A DNA stretch of 64,000 nucleotides from a bacterium (GTDB lineage Bacteria > Electryoneota > AABM5-125-24 > Hatepunaeales > Hatepunaeaceae), in NCBI GenBank assembly GCA_021734165.1, contig JAIPJL010000005.1, forward strand, positions 130 through 64,129, given 5' to 3'. This document shows positions 1-12,437 of the stretch, in pieces. The stretch's first letter is position 1. The number at the start of each line of letters is the position of its first letter. A program made the translations under genes and the position numbers. The notes beneath the pieces were generated by a model that worked only from the letters and a program-made list of their open reading frames with translations, had not been told where the DNA came from and did not search any database.

Positions 1-2
1 CT

Positions 3-371
3 GAAAACAGGAAATGGCTTAGAGAAGTGGAAGATATGGAGAAAGATATTGCTGAAAAAAGTAATGATCTTGAAGAGCTTAGCCTAATTCTTAGTAGTGA
101 TCAGAAAAAACAATTAGAGAACGATCTAATTGAAGCACGTAAATCCTTGCAGCGTTTCAGACATGAAACATGGTACGATGAAAATAGTCAATATGTGAAG
201 TATCGAAAAGAAATAATGGAACCAATTGATTCAAGAGTGAACGATGCTATCTGGAAAGTTGCTGAACGCGAGGAATTAGATATGGTTTTTGATACTATAT
301 CAGGTAATATAGTTTATGTAAAACCGGAATTTGATATTACCGATAAAGTATTGGAAGAATTGCAGGAGTAA
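3..371 (+). CDS. skp: OmpH/Skp outer-membrane chaperone, 5'-partial
   Basis: Frame open from the window start; coiled coil ending in LDMVFD...IVYV...DITDKVL; directly upstream of lpxD. Confidence 0.85.
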   Translation, partial: ENRKWLREVEDMEKDIAEKSNDLEELSLILSSDQKKQLENDLIEARKSLQRFRHETWYDENSQYVKYRKEIMEPIDSRVNDAIWKVAEREELDMVFDTISGNIVYVKPEFDITDKVLEELQE

Positions 372-415
372 ATTTTTTGTGGGAACTGAGAAATCAGTAA
401 AAACGGAGATTTTTT

Positions 416-1465
416 GTGAACGCTGAATCAATTACTACCGGAGACTTGGCTGAACGATTATCTTGTGATATCGAGGGTGATCAATTTCTCATGCTTAAAG
501 GCATTGCCACAATTGAAGAAGCCGAGCCTGATCAACTGACATTTCTTGCAAATCCCCGCTACAGGAAACAACTTACCTCATGCAGAGCAGGCGCTATTAT
601 TATCTCTTCCGATATGGAAGCATCTCCTGACATAGTTAAAATAATATCTAAAGAACCTTATAAAGATTTTCGGCGTGCGCTGGAAATTTTTTATCCTGTT
701 GTTGATGCGGATATTCCTGCTGGAATAAATCCTGGCACTCAAATTCATAAAACTGCCATAGTTGGTGGAAATGCAAGAATAGGCGCTTTTGTTGGAATTT
801 CAGCCGGAGTTACCATCGGTGAAAATTGTACTATATACAACGGCGCTTATATAGGGCAAAATGTTGAAATAGGTTCCGGTTGTATTATTGGTTTTAATGC
901 TGTTATTCGTAGTGATATTCAACTTGGCAATCGAGTCACAATTGGTGACGGTACAATAGTAGGTTTTGACGGATTTGGTTATACACCTGATCAGGGAGAA
1001 TATTTTAAAATCCCTCAGGTTGGGACTGTTGTAATCGAAGATGATGTCGAAATTGGCGCTAATTGCTGTATTGATAGAGCTTCAATAGGTGTAACGCGTA
1101 TCGGACGAGGTAGCAAACTGGATAATCTTATTCAGGTAGCTCACGGTGTTAAAATCGGAACAAATACTGTCATCGCCGCTCAAACCGGAATATCCGGCTC
1201 GACGACTATAGGATCGGGTGTAATTATGGGTGGACAGGTTGGAGTTGCCGGACATATAAAAGTCGGTGATGGAATGATAGTGGGCGCTCAGTCTGGCGTG
1301 ACAAAATCAGTTGACATCAAAGGAGTTATATCCGGCTATCCGGCAAGACAGCATTCAGTATCACTTAGAAGAGATGCAAGTATCAGTCAGATTACGAAAC
1401 TTATGAAAAGGATTAGTGAACTTGAAGCTAAAGTTGAAGGTTTATTAATGGAATTGGAGGAATAA
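416..1465 (+). CDS. lpxD: UDP-3-O-acylglucosamine N-acyltransferase
   Basis: Hexapeptide repeats, DGFGY, KIPQVGTVVIEDDVEIGAN, KLDNLIQVAH. Confidence 0.96.
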   Translation: MNAESITTGDLAERLSCDIEGDQFLMLKGIATIEEAEPDQLTFLANPRYRKQLTSCRAGAIIISSDMEASPDIVKIISKEPYKDFRRALEIFYPVVDADIPAGINPGTQIHKTAIVGGNARIGAFVGISAGVTIGENCTIYNGAYIGQNVEIGSGCIIGFNAVIRSDIQLGNRVTIGDGTIVGFDGFGYTPDQGEYFKIPQVGTVVIEDDVEIGANCCIDRASIGVTRIGRGSKLDNLIQVAHGVKIGTNTVIAAQTGISGSTTIGSGVIMGGQVGVAGHIKVGDGMIVGAQSGVTKSVDIKGVISGYPARQHSVSLRRDASISQITKLMKRISELEAKVEGLLMELEE

Positions 1466-1475
1466 TTTAAAACTG

Positions 1476-2048
1476 ATGGAAAAACTTAAACAGCGAATAA
1501 TTGATGAACAGGGTCTTGAGCGTACACTTGCCAGATTGGCACATGAAATCCTTGAAGCAAATCCTGGCACTGAGGGTTTGGCGCTAATTGGCATACGAAC
1601 GCGTGGTGTTCCGCTTGCTGAACGCTTGGCGAAGCTCATTTCCACAATCGAGAACAGTGCAGATGTTCCGGTTGGCGTGCTTGATATTACGCTATATCGT
1701 GACGATTATTTAACTGCACGAAAGACTCCGCGTGTACAGGCGACAGAAATTCCGTTTGATATTTATAATCGAAACGTAGTGCTCATTGATGATGTGTTAT
1801 TTACGGGACGTACAATCAGAGCTGCAATCGACGCAATCCTTGATTATGGACGACCAGCGCGTATTAAACTGGCGGTACTGATTGATCGTGGTCATCGCGA
1901 AATGCCTATCCAAGGTGATTTTATTGGGCGAAGACTTGTGACTTTGCCTGGTGAGGAGGTCAGAGTCAGATTACGCGAAGTTGATGGCAAGGATGAAGTT
2001 GTACTCGTTGAAATGCAGGCTGAATCTTCATATGAGGAAGATAGATGA
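1476..2048 (+). CDS. pyrR: Pyrimidine regulator / uracil phosphoribosyltransferase PyrR
   Basis: GIRTRG, LDITLYRDD, DDVLFTGRT, DRGHRE motifs. Confidence 0.96.
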   Translation: MEKLKQRIIDEQGLERTLARLAHEILEANPGTEGLALIGIRTRGVPLAERLAKLISTIENSADVPVGVLDITLYRDDYLTARKTPRVQATEIPFDIYNRNVVLIDDVLFTGRTIRAAIDAILDYGRPARIKLAVLIDRGHREMPIQGDFIGRRLVTLPGEEVRVRLREVDGKDEVVLVEMQAESSYEEDR

Positions 2049-2980
2049 ACAAAATTCGCTTTAATCATCTGCTTGGCTTAGAAGGACTGAGCAGCGAGGT
2101 TATTACGGAAATTCTTGATTCGGCTGAAGCATTTCTGAAAGTTCTGAGCAGACCTATTCCGAGAGTACCATCATTAAGAGGTGTGACAGTAGCAAATCTG
2201 TTTTTCGAGTCTTCAACCAGGACGCGTATTTCATTTGAACTGGCAGAGAAAAGGCTTTCCGCTGATGTTGTCAACTTCACTGCAAGTTCATCAAGTATGA
2301 ACAAAGGTGAGACAATACTTGACACAGCAAGAAATATTGAAGCAATGAAAGTCGATGTTGTTGTTATAAGACACTTTGCTCAAGGATCACCACATTTTCT
2401 TGCTGACAGAGTGAATGCAGCAGTTATTAATGCCGGTGACGGTTCTCACGAACACCCGACTCAGGCATTACTTGATATTATGACAATAAGACGCAAGACG
2501 GGAGATTTGAAAGGCTTAAAAGTACTCATTCTTGGAGATATAGCACACAGCAGAGTTGCTCGCTCAAATATCTATGGTCTTCTTACGATGGGTGTGAATG
2601 TAAAAATATGCGGTCCATCAACATTAATACCTCGCGAGATTGAGAGTATGGGTATCGAGGTAACGCATGATCTCGAAGAGGGACTTGACTGGTGTGATGT
2701 TGTCAATGTATTACGCATTCAGCTTGAACGACAGAATGAGGGTTTAATTCCGTCGCTTCGTGAGTATCAGCGCTCATTTGGATTAACCAGAAACCACCTT
2801 GAGCGAGTTGGCGGTGAGAAGATAATAATGCATCCGGGACCGATGAATAGAGGCGTCGAAATTGATTCCGATGTCGCTGACGGACCAGGTTCGGTAATAC
2901 TTAGTCAGGTTACTCATGGTGTGGCGGTCAGAATGGCGGTTTTATACTTAATTTCAGGTCGGGAGCAGTCAATTGAATAA
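2045..2980 (+). CDS. pyrB: Aspartate carbamoyltransferase catalytic subunit
   Basis: FFESSTRT, HEHPTQALLD, HPGPMNRG. Confidence 0.97.
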   Translation: MNKIRFNHLLGLEGLSSEVITEILDSAEAFLKVLSRPIPRVPSLRGVTVANLFFESSTRTRISFELAEKRLSADVVNFTASSSSMNKGETILDTARNIEAMKVDVVVIRHFAQGSPHFLADRVNAAVINAGDGSHEHPTQALLDIMTIRRKTGDLKGLKVLILGDIAHSRVARSNIYGLLTMGVNVKICGPSTLIPREIESMGIEVTHDLEEGLDWCDVVNVLRIQLERQNEGLIPSLREYQRSFGLTRNHLERVGGEKIIMHPGPMNRGVEIDSDVADGPGSVILSQVTHGVAVRMAVLYLISGREQSIE

Positions 2981-4313
2981 AATAAATACACAGACACAGC
3001 CACAGCCTCCAAAAGGCTGGCGTTCCTATTCCAGCGATAAGTTAGCGCTTCGTAATGTTTTGTTGATAGATCCGGCTCAGAATCTTAAGAAACGAGCGGA
3101 TTTGATTATCGAAAACGGAATCATTCAGCAGATTGGTGAGATTACGGATGGTTGGGATGGGGAAATAATTGATGGAAGCAAACTGATTGCCTGTCCGGGT
3201 CTTTTCGATATGCACGTGCACCTGAGGGAACCTGGATATGAGCATAAAGAAACCATTTACAGTGGTTGTCATGCTGCAGCATCAGGTGGTTTCACTGGCG
3301 TAGCGCCTATGCCAAATACTGATCCGGCAATAGACAACCCTGGACTCGTGAATATATTACGTGAGAAAGCTGTGGGATTTCCGGTAGAAGTTCATCCCAT
3401 TGCAGCAATTACTCTCGGCAGAAAGGGTAAGAATCTATCTGAGATCGGTGAGTTAGTCGATACGGGGGTAATGGTTTTCTCAGACGATGGTTCACCTATA
3501 GTGATTGCGGATCTTATGCGTCGGGCGCTTGAATATACTAATATGTTCGGAGCGACTATAAGTGAGCATAGCGAAGATGCTTCCTTAACCATGGGTGGAG
3601 TCATGCATGAAGGCGCAGTTTCAACAAGGTTAGGGCTGCCTGGCTGGCCTGGAATTGGTGAAGAGATTGCCATTGACCGCAATGTTCGTCTTGCTGAATT
3701 TACTGGCGGAAAGCTCCACATTGCCCACATTTCAACCGCTGCGTCATTGGAAATAATCAGGCGCGCTAAAAAGAATGGAATCAATGTAACAGCAGAAGTG
3801 ACGCCTCATCATTTAACTCTAGATTGTAGTCTGCTTGATGGTTTCGATAGTAATTACAAGGTTAATCCACCTCTTCGCACTAAAGAAGATGTTATTGCTC
3901 TTCAGGAAGGTTTGGCGGATGGTTCAATCGATGTTATTGCGACCGATCATGCTCCGCACGCGCCTGATGAGAAAGAAGTTGAATTTATCAAGGCTCCCTT
4001 TGGCATGATCGGACTTGAGACAGCTCTTGGAATTATTCACTCAAAACTTGTATTAACCGGAAAGCTCACCATCGAAAGAATGATCGAAGCAATGACTTCC
4101 GCGCCAAGAAAAGTGATGGGATTAAGTGATGTGAGTATTAAAGCTGGCGAGACAGCTAATCTGACATTATTCAATCCTGATGAAAAATGGCGAGTGGATA
4201 GAGATTTGTTTAATTCCAAATCAAAAAATACTCCTTTCCATGGCATGGAATTAACCGGAAGAGCAGTCGGAGTGATCAATCGTGGATTGGTTTGGATTAA
4301 AGATGAGAAGTAA
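2973..4313 (+). CDS. pyrC: Dihydroorotase
   Basis: DMHVHLREPG, KVNPPLR, ATDHAPH. Confidence 0.96.
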   Translation: MNKINTQTQPQPPKGWRSYSSDKLALRNVLLIDPAQNLKKRADLIIENGIIQQIGEITDGWDGEIIDGSKLIACPGLFDMHVHLREPGYEHKETIYSGCHAAASGGFTGVAPMPNTDPAIDNPGLVNILREKAVGFPVEVHPIAAITLGRKGKNLSEIGELVDTGVMVFSDDGSPIVIADLMRRALEYTNMFGATISEHSEDASLTMGGVMHEGAVSTRLGLPGWPGIGEEIAIDRNVRLAEFTGGKLHIAHISTAASLEIIRRAKKNGINVTAEVTPHHLTLDCSLLDGFDSNYKVNPPLRTKEDVIALQEGLADGSIDVIATDHAPHAPDEKEVEFIKAPFGMIGLETALGIIHSKLVLTGKLTIERMIEAMTSAPRKVMGLSDVSIKAGETANLTLFNPDEKWRVDRDLFNSKSKNTPFHGMELTGRAVGVINRGLVWIKDEK

Positions 4314-4343
4314 GTTATGAGTTACGAGTAGCGAGTTACGAGT
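4314..4343. repeat. Degenerate heptamer tandem repeat (GTTACGA-like x4)
   Basis: gttatga gttacga gtagcga gttacga gt. Confidence 0.8.
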
Positions 4344-4353
4344 GATGGGATTT

Positions 4354-4430
4354 GAGCACCGCAGAGGTGTGTTCTCACCCAGCGGAAGAAACTCTACTAC
4401 AATGCAGGATGAGGACATCCTGCACCACTC
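4354..4430. repeat. REP-like palindrome pair (GAGTG-tail, AGGA/TCCT-loop family)
   Basis: Perfect hairpin tgcaggatg-agga-catcctgca at 4403-4424 plus ccactc tail; degenerate partner from 4354; relatives at 30225 and 49957. Confidence 0.7.
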
Positions 4431-4499
4431 TCAATGTCAACCAGATCTGTCCCTGCGTAGGCAGGGGAATGCTTGTCCTACTGTTAAATTAGATTTGGA

Positions 4500-6317
4500 A
4501 TGATTAAGAAGAACATACGAAACTTCTGTATAATTGCACATATAGATCATGGAAAATCAACACTTGCTGACCGACTGCTTGAGGCTACTGGTCTAATTGC
4601 GTCTATAGGTGAAAGAACTCAGTTCCTTGATGATATGGATCTTGAGCGTGAGCGCGGGATTACGATTAAAGCGCATGCCATAACTATGAATCATAAAGCA
4701 GCGGATGGGATTGAGTATGTACTAAATCTTATTGATACTCCCGGACATGTTGATTTTAGCTATGAAGTATCTCGTTCACTTGCTGCATGTGAAGGGGCTA
4801 TATTGCTTGTGGATGCTTCTCAGGGTGTTGAAGCGCAGACAATCGCTAACGTATATCTTGCTTTAGAGAATGATCTGACAATTATTCCGGCAATCAACAA
4901 GATTGATCTTGTCTCTGCGCAGCCCGATTTAGTACAACAGCAAATTATGGATTTAATTGGCTGTGAAGCAGATGAAGTCCTAAGAATCAGCGCCAGGCAG
5001 GGAATAGGGATCGATCAGGTTATAAATGCAGTAATAGATTTGATACCTCCACCAAAACCATATTCAGACAAATTTTCAAGCATTGAAGATGAACCACTCC
5101 AGGCATTAATATTTGATTCAATTTTTGATAATTACCGCGGGGCTATTCCCTATATAAAAGTTGTTAGTGGTGTATTAAAACCCGATCAGATGATATTTTT
5201 TCATTCAACCCGAAAAAAATATCAGGTTGATGAAGTAGGATTGCTGAGGCTTAAAAGAGAACCTCAAAAACAACTTGCAGCAGGTGAAGTTGGCTATATA
5301 ATTCCGGGTTGTAAAGAGGTTGGAGAAACGCGCGTTGGCGATACAATCGGAGATGTTGAAAATCCATTACCCAAACCACTTTCTGGTTATCGTGAACCAA
5401 AACCGATGGTTTATGCAGGATTGTATCCAACTGACGCCGACGAATATGAAGATTTCCAGAATGCTCTCGCGAAGCTGAAGCTTAATGATGCATCGCTTCA
5501 GTATGAACCGGAAACTTCAGGCGCTTTGGGATTTGGATTCCGATGTGGTTTCCTCGGCTTGTTACATTTGGAGATCGTGCAGGAACGCCTTGAGCGAGAA
5601 TACAATCTTGATCTGGTCTCAACCGTACCGAATGTTAAATATAGGATCGCATGCACTGATGACCAAATTCTGTATGTGGATAATCCTGTTCATTTACCAT
5701 CACCAATGGCAATAAAAGAGGTTGAAGAACCAATTGTCAAGGCGCAGATTGTGACGCCGCCGGAATTTATCGGCGCCATAATGCAGCTTTCGATGGAGCG
5801 TCGTGGAATATACGAGAATACGGAATATCTAGACCCACAGCGCGCGGTACTCCATTTCAAGATGCCCTTAGCAGAAATTATTTATGATTTTTATGACAGA
5901 TTAAAGTCCATGTCAAGGGGTTATGCATCGTTCGATTATGAACATACAGGCTGGGCTGTTACCAAAATGGTTCGTCTTGATATACTCTTAAATGGTGAGT
6001 TAATTGATGCGTTGTCGGTAATTGTACATGAGGATAAAGCCTATGCCTGGGGTCGTAGGGTTGTCGATAAGCTGGCTCAGATAATTCCCCGCCAGATGTT
6101 CGAGGTGGCAATTCAAGCGGCAATCAGTTCCCGGATTATTGCAAGAGCGACGGTCAGAGCACTCAGAAAGAACGTTCTTGCAAAGTGTTATGGTGGTGAT
6201 ATTACCCGCAAGCGAAAACTGCTTGAGAAGCAGAAAGAGGGTAAGAAACGAATGAAGATGTTAGGACACGTGGAAGTGCCACAGGAAGCGTTTATGGCTA
6301 TACTGAAGTCGGATTAA
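4500..6317 (+). CDS. lepA: Elongation factor 4 (LepA)
   Basis: [48 protein letters not shown]. Confidence 0.98.
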   Translation: MIKKNIRNFCIIAHIDHGKSTLADRLLEATGLIASIGERTQFLDDMDLERERGITIKAHAITMNHKAADGIEYVLNLIDTPGHVDFSYEVSRSLAACEGAILLVDASQGVEAQTIANVYLALENDLTIIPAINKIDLVSAQPDLVQQQIMDLIGCEADEVLRISARQGIGIDQVINAVIDLIPPPKPYSDKFSSIEDEPLQALIFDSIFDNYRGAIPYIKVVSGVLKPDQMIFFHSTRKKYQVDEVGLLRLKREPQKQLAAGEVGYIIPGCKEVGETRVGDTIGDVENPLPKPLSGYREPKPMVYAGLYPTDADEYEDFQNALAKLKLNDASLQYEPETSGALGFGFRCGFLGLLHLEIVQERLEREYNLDLVSTVPNVKYRIACTDDQILYVDNPVHLPSPMAIKEVEEPIVKAQIVTPPEFIGAIMQLSMERRGIYENTEYLDPQRAVLHFKMPLAEIIYDFYDRLKSMSRGYASFDYEHTGWAVTKMVRLDILLNGELIDALSVIVHEDKAYAWGRRVVDKLAQIIPRQMFEVAIQAAISSRIIARATVRALRKNVLAKCYGGDITRKRKLLEKQKEGKKRMKMLGHVEVPQEAFMAILKSD

Positions 6318-6575
6318 TAAAGATATTAGGTGCAATAGGAGCGCTGTTTCGTCCACACGTGACAGGAAACGAAGCCTATTCCTCAATACTTGGGAACATT
6401 TCCTTATGATTGACACTTTAACTGATAACTTAACTTAAATTTCTCAAAGCAGGTAAAATCCAAATTTCACAAAATAGGATTTAAAACGGAATCTACAAAT
6501 AATAACAATCAAAAACCAGCGCCCCGAACATCATTTTATACATGTCTGAAGACATATCGCAAACGGTTATGGCTG

Positions 6576-7382
6576 TTGAGAAATAAAAACGGTTCAGGGG
6601 CGAGTTTAGTGCTTGCAATCTGGCTTGGAATTCTGTTCATTCCTGAAATGCTTTTAAGAGTATTTTTTCATCAGGAAGATAAACCGAAAAATGCTACTCG
6701 CGAATGGATAGAATTGATAGTCAGCATTGTTATTGTTGTGTTCTTTATTCGATTGACGGTTGTCGAAGCGTTCAGAATACCGACCGGCAGTATGGAAGAC
6801 ACCTTATTAGTCGGGGATTTTCTACTTGTAAACAAATTCGTTTATGGGGTGAGATCGCCGGACTGGGTAGGTATCCCCTTTACAAAAGCCGGATTTTTCA
6901 TCCCTAATTTTCGTTTGCCAAGTATCAAGGAACCAAAGCAGAATGATGTTGTTGTATTCAGATATCCTCTTGATCCACACCTTTCATATATAAAAAGATG
7001 TGTTGCGACTGAAGGACAGACAGTTGAGATTCGAGATAAACAGGTTTTTGTTGATGGGATTCCTTTCGAGAATCCTCCTCGATCTAAGTTCGTAAGCGAA
7101 ATCACCTATCCTAAAACTTACGTTGAAAGAGCTATTGTGCCTCGAAATATTCAAATGCGTAATCGCGATAATTTTGGCCCAATAACTGTTCCCAAAGGTC
7201 ATTTATTCGTTATGGGTGATAATCGCGATAATTCTGCTGACAGCCGCTATTGGGGATTCCTGTCACGTGATTTGATAATCGGTAAAGCGCTGATTATATA
7301 TTTTTCATGGGATCATCTATCCGCTTGGTTTAAATTAAATGAAAAGATTCGCTGGGGAAGAATCGGAAACCTCATACGATAG
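6576..7382 (+). CDS. lepB: Signal peptidase I (start uncertain)
   Basis: IPTGSMEDTL, YIKRC, GDNRDNSADSRYWG; follows lepA. Confidence 0.94.
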   Translation: MRNKNGSGASLVLAIWLGILFIPEMLLRVFFHQEDKPKNATREWIELIVSIVIVVFFIRLTVVEAFRIPTGSMEDTLLVGDFLLVNKFVYGVRSPDWVGIPFTKAGFFIPNFRLPSIKEPKQNDVVVFRYPLDPHLSYIKRCVATEGQTVEIRDKQVFVDGIPFENPPRSKFVSEITYPKTYVERAIVPRNIQMRNRDNFGPITVPKGHLFVMGDNRDNSADSRYWGFLSRDLIIGKALIIYFSWDHLSAWFKLNEKIRWGRIGNLIR

Positions 7383-7459
7383 CTTAGTGCAACCTTACTA
7401 AAAATGCCATCCGAGTTGCAATTTAAGATCACTTGCATTAAATTTACAATTTCCCGTAA

Positions 7460-9478
<2,019 letters not shown>

Positions 9479-9529
9479 ATCAAAGTTTACGATTTTTTAA
9501 ATTTAGTAAAATTTTTCAGGACATTTTTA

Positions 9530-10093
9530 ATGGCAACAACGGCGGATATCAAAAACGGCTTAGTAATACAGCTTGACAATCAACTGGTTACTGTGGTAGA
9601 ATTTCTTCATGTAAAACCCGGTAAGGGCGGAGCTTTTGTACGTACAAAACTGAAGAATGTCATAACTGGTCGCGTGATTGACAGGACGTTCAGATCCGGA
9701 GAGAAACTGGATATGGTCAGGCTTGAAGATAGAAATATGCAATTTCTCTATAAAGAGGGTGAGGAATATATATTTATGGATCAGGAAACCTTCGATCAGA
9801 TACCTATTTCAGGTGATTTGGCTGAAGATGCTGCTCCATTTATGAAAGAGGGTGAAATTGTAAGAGTTTCTATGCATGACGGTAAACCTATTATAATTGA
9901 ACTGCCTAATTTCATTAATTTTGAAATTGTAGAATGTGAACCGGGTATGAAGGGTGATACCGTTTCTAATGTAACAAAACCTGCTACGCTTGAGACTGGA
10001 GCTATCGTTCAGGTGCCGTTATTTATCGAAGAAGGTGAGTTAATCCGGGTTGATACCAGAACCGGAACTTATCTTGAAAGAGCCAAAGATTAA
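9530..10093 (+). CDS. efp: Elongation factor P
   Basis: HVKPGKGGAFVR, KPATLETG, VPLFI. Confidence 0.97.
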   Translation: MATTADIKNGLVIQLDNQLVTVVEFLHVKPGKGGAFVRTKLKNVITGRVIDRTFRSGEKLDMVRLEDRNMQFLYKEGEEYIFMDQETFDQIPISGDLAEDAAPFMKEGEIVRVSMHDGKPIIIELPNFINFEIVECEPGMKGDTVSNVTKPATLETGAIVQVPLFIEEGELIRVDTRTGTYLERAKD

Positions 10094-10106
10094 GCTGGGG
10101 TGAAGG

Positions 10107-10592
10107 ATGAAAATAGCGGAAATTCGCCGACTGGTAAAGCTTGTTGAAACAAGCGAAATTACGGAGATCGAGATCGAGGAAGAGGGCTCTCGCATTAAGA
10201 TTGTAAAACAGCAGGCAATGAGCTATCAACAGCCTGTACAGACTGTTTTCCCAGCAGGTTTTTCTGGACAGGCATCACCTGCTGTTAATATAGGAGATCA
10301 GAATACCGCATTGTTGAATGCTTGTAAAAGCGCAGAGATTGCTTCTGATAACCTTACTAAAGTAATCTCACCAATGGTCGGCACTTTCTACCGCGCTCCA
10401 TCACCTGAAGCCCCTTCTTATGTTAATATCGGAGATCATGTTAATATTGGGCAGGTATTATGTATCATAGAAGCCATGAAGTTAATGAACGAGATCGAAG
10501 CTGAAGTGTCCGGTAAGATAGTAAAAATTCCGGTTGAAAATGCTTCGCCGGTTGAATTTGGACAGACGATCTTTGAAATTGAACCTGATTAA
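10107..10592 (+). CDS. accB: Biotin carboxyl carrier protein
   Basis: SPMVGTFY, EAMKLMNE biotinylation motif. Confidence 0.96.
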   Translation: MKIAEIRRLVKLVETSEITEIEIEEEGSRIKIVKQQAMSYQQPVQTVFPAGFSGQASPAVNIGDQNTALLNACKSAEIASDNLTKVISPMVGTFYRAPSPEAPSYVNIGDHVNIGQVLCIIEAMKLMNEIEAEVSGKIVKIPVENASPVEFGQTIFEIEPD

Positions 10593-11926
10593 TGTTTAAA
10601 AGGATTTTAATAGCAAATAGAGGCGAGATTGCACTACGCGTGATTCGAGCATGTCGTGAAATGGGCATAAATAGTGTAGCAGTTTATAGTCAAGCTGATA
10701 AAGATGCACTTCATGTTAAATTTGCTGATGAAGCAGTATGTATCGGTCCACCAAGAAGTTCTGATAGTTATCTTAATATTCCTCGCATCATAAGCGCAGC
10801 GGAGATTACCAGCGCGGACGCGATTCATCCTGGTTATGGATTCCTGGCAGAGAATGCGCAGTTTGCCGAGATGTGCATTGATTCCGGAATTGCCTTTATA
10901 GGACCTGATCCGGATACTATCGTGCGGATGGGTGATAAAGCCCTTGCCAGGAAAACCGTTGCGGATGCCGGAGTATCAATATTACCCGGTAGCGCCGGTA
11001 TTATTAAAGACGAGAATGAGGCAGTTGAACAAGCTGAGTTAGTTGGCTATCCGGTAATCTTGAAAGCCACAGCGGGAGGCGGCGGTAAAGGAATGAGGGT
11101 AGTTCATTCATCCACTGATTTATCCCGCAGCTTTACTATGGCAAGCGTAGAAGCTGAGATGGCGTTTGGAAACGGTGGTATATATCTTGAACGCTACTTG
11201 GAACATCCACGTCATATTGAAATACAAGTAATGGGATATGAGGATGGTAGTATTATTAGCTACGGCGAACGTGACTGTTCTATTCAACGCAGACATCAGA
11301 AACTTCTCGAAGAGAGTCCGTCACCGGCAGTGACGCCAGAATTGAGAAAGACACTGCGTGAAGCTGCTACAAATGTCGCAAGAGCTGTTAAATATATTGG
11401 CGCCGGTACTATAGAATTTCTTGTCGAAGGTGGTGAATTCTTCTTTATGGAAATGAATACCCGCATACAGGTTGAACATCCGGTCAGTGAGATGGTTTCT
11501 CAAGTTGATCTCTTAAAAGAACAGATTCGGGCTTCTGCAGGTGAAAAACCAGGTAATTTAAATCCTCGTCTCGAGGGTCACGCAATAGAATGCAGGATTA
11601 ACGCTGAGGATCCGGAAAGAGGCTTCATGCCTTCACCTGGTAAAATAACTGCTTTTCATGTACCGGGAGGGATGGGTATTAGAGTTGATACTCATGCTTA
11701 TGCAGGTTATATTATACCTCCATACTATGATTCTTTAATTGCTAAATTAATTGCCTTTGGCGCTGACAGACAGGAAGCATTGATGAGGATGCGACGTGCC
11801 TTAGATGAATTTATTATTGAAGGAGTTTCAACGACAATTTCGCTTCAGGAAAAGATATTAAGGGATTCTCAATTTGCAGATGGTAATTTTGACACAACCT
11901 TCATGGAGCATTTTTTAAATAAATAA
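10592..11926 (+). CDS. accC: Biotin carboxylase
   Basis: ANRGEIA, HPGYGFLAEN, GGGGKG, EMNTRIQVEH. Confidence 0.97.
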   Translation: MFKRILIANRGEIALRVIRACREMGINSVAVYSQADKDALHVKFADEAVCIGPPRSSDSYLNIPRIISAAEITSADAIHPGYGFLAENAQFAEMCIDSGIAFIGPDPDTIVRMGDKALARKTVADAGVSILPGSAGIIKDENEAVEQAELVGYPVILKATAGGGGKGMRVVHSSTDLSRSFTMASVEAEMAFGNGGIYLERYLEHPRHIEIQVMGYEDGSIISYGERDCSIQRRHQKLLEESPSPAVTPELRKTLREAATNVARAVKYIGAGTIEFLVEGGEFFFMEMNTRIQVEHPVSEMVSQVDLLKEQIRASAGEKPGNLNPRLEGHAIECRINAEDPERGFMPSPGKITAFHVPGGMGIRVDTHAYAGYIIPPYYDSLIAKLIAFGADRQEALMRMRRALDEFIIEGVSTTISLQEKILRDSQFADGNFDTTFMEHFLNK

Positions 11927-12038
11927 AATTTAATTTTTGCAGGTTTGTTTCACACAAATTTGGTTTGCATAAACCAAAAAAGAAATTAAGTACTCACAAT
12001 CGATTTTATGAGTACAAACAACATTTTGAGGAGGAGAA

Positions 12039-12431
12039 ATGAATACACCAAATGATTTGAAGTACACCAAAGATCATGAATGGGTTAAAATAGAGGGCGA
12101 CGAAGCAATAATTGGTATTACTGACTATGCGCAAGGTGAATTAGGTGATATAGTCTTCATTGATCTGCCGGAAATTGGGATGCATCTTACGCAGTTCACG
12201 GCTTTTGGAGTCATTGAAGCTGTTAAAGCTGCTGCTGATATGTATGCTCCGATATCGGGTGAGATCTCATCTGTAAATGGACTGTTAGATGATTCACCTG
12301 AACTCATCAATAAAAGTCCTTATGAAGACGGATGGATTGTTAAAGTAAAAGCTTTCGATATCGAGGAAGTAGAAACGCTTATGAGTGCAGAAGAATATCG
12401 AAAACTGATTGAAGTGGAAAGCGGGGACTGA
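12039..12431 (+). CDS. gcvH: Glycine cleavage system H protein
   Basis: KDHEW, GITDYAQ, lipoyl EAVKAA, NKSPYEDGW. Confidence 0.95.
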   Translation: MNTPNDLKYTKDHEWVKIEGDEAIIGITDYAQGELGDIVFIDLPEIGMHLTQFTAFGVIEAVKAAADMYAPISGEISSVNGLLDDSPELINKSPYEDGWIVKVKAFDIEEVETLMSAEEYRKLIEVESGD

Positions 12432-12437
12432 AACAAC

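Noticed and set aside
4314-4343. Heptamer and octamer tandem repeats (also 51000-51021 and 59954-59985) as phase-variation tracts or iterons
   Set aside because: Only 3-4 degenerate intergenic units each, and no rep gene nearby.
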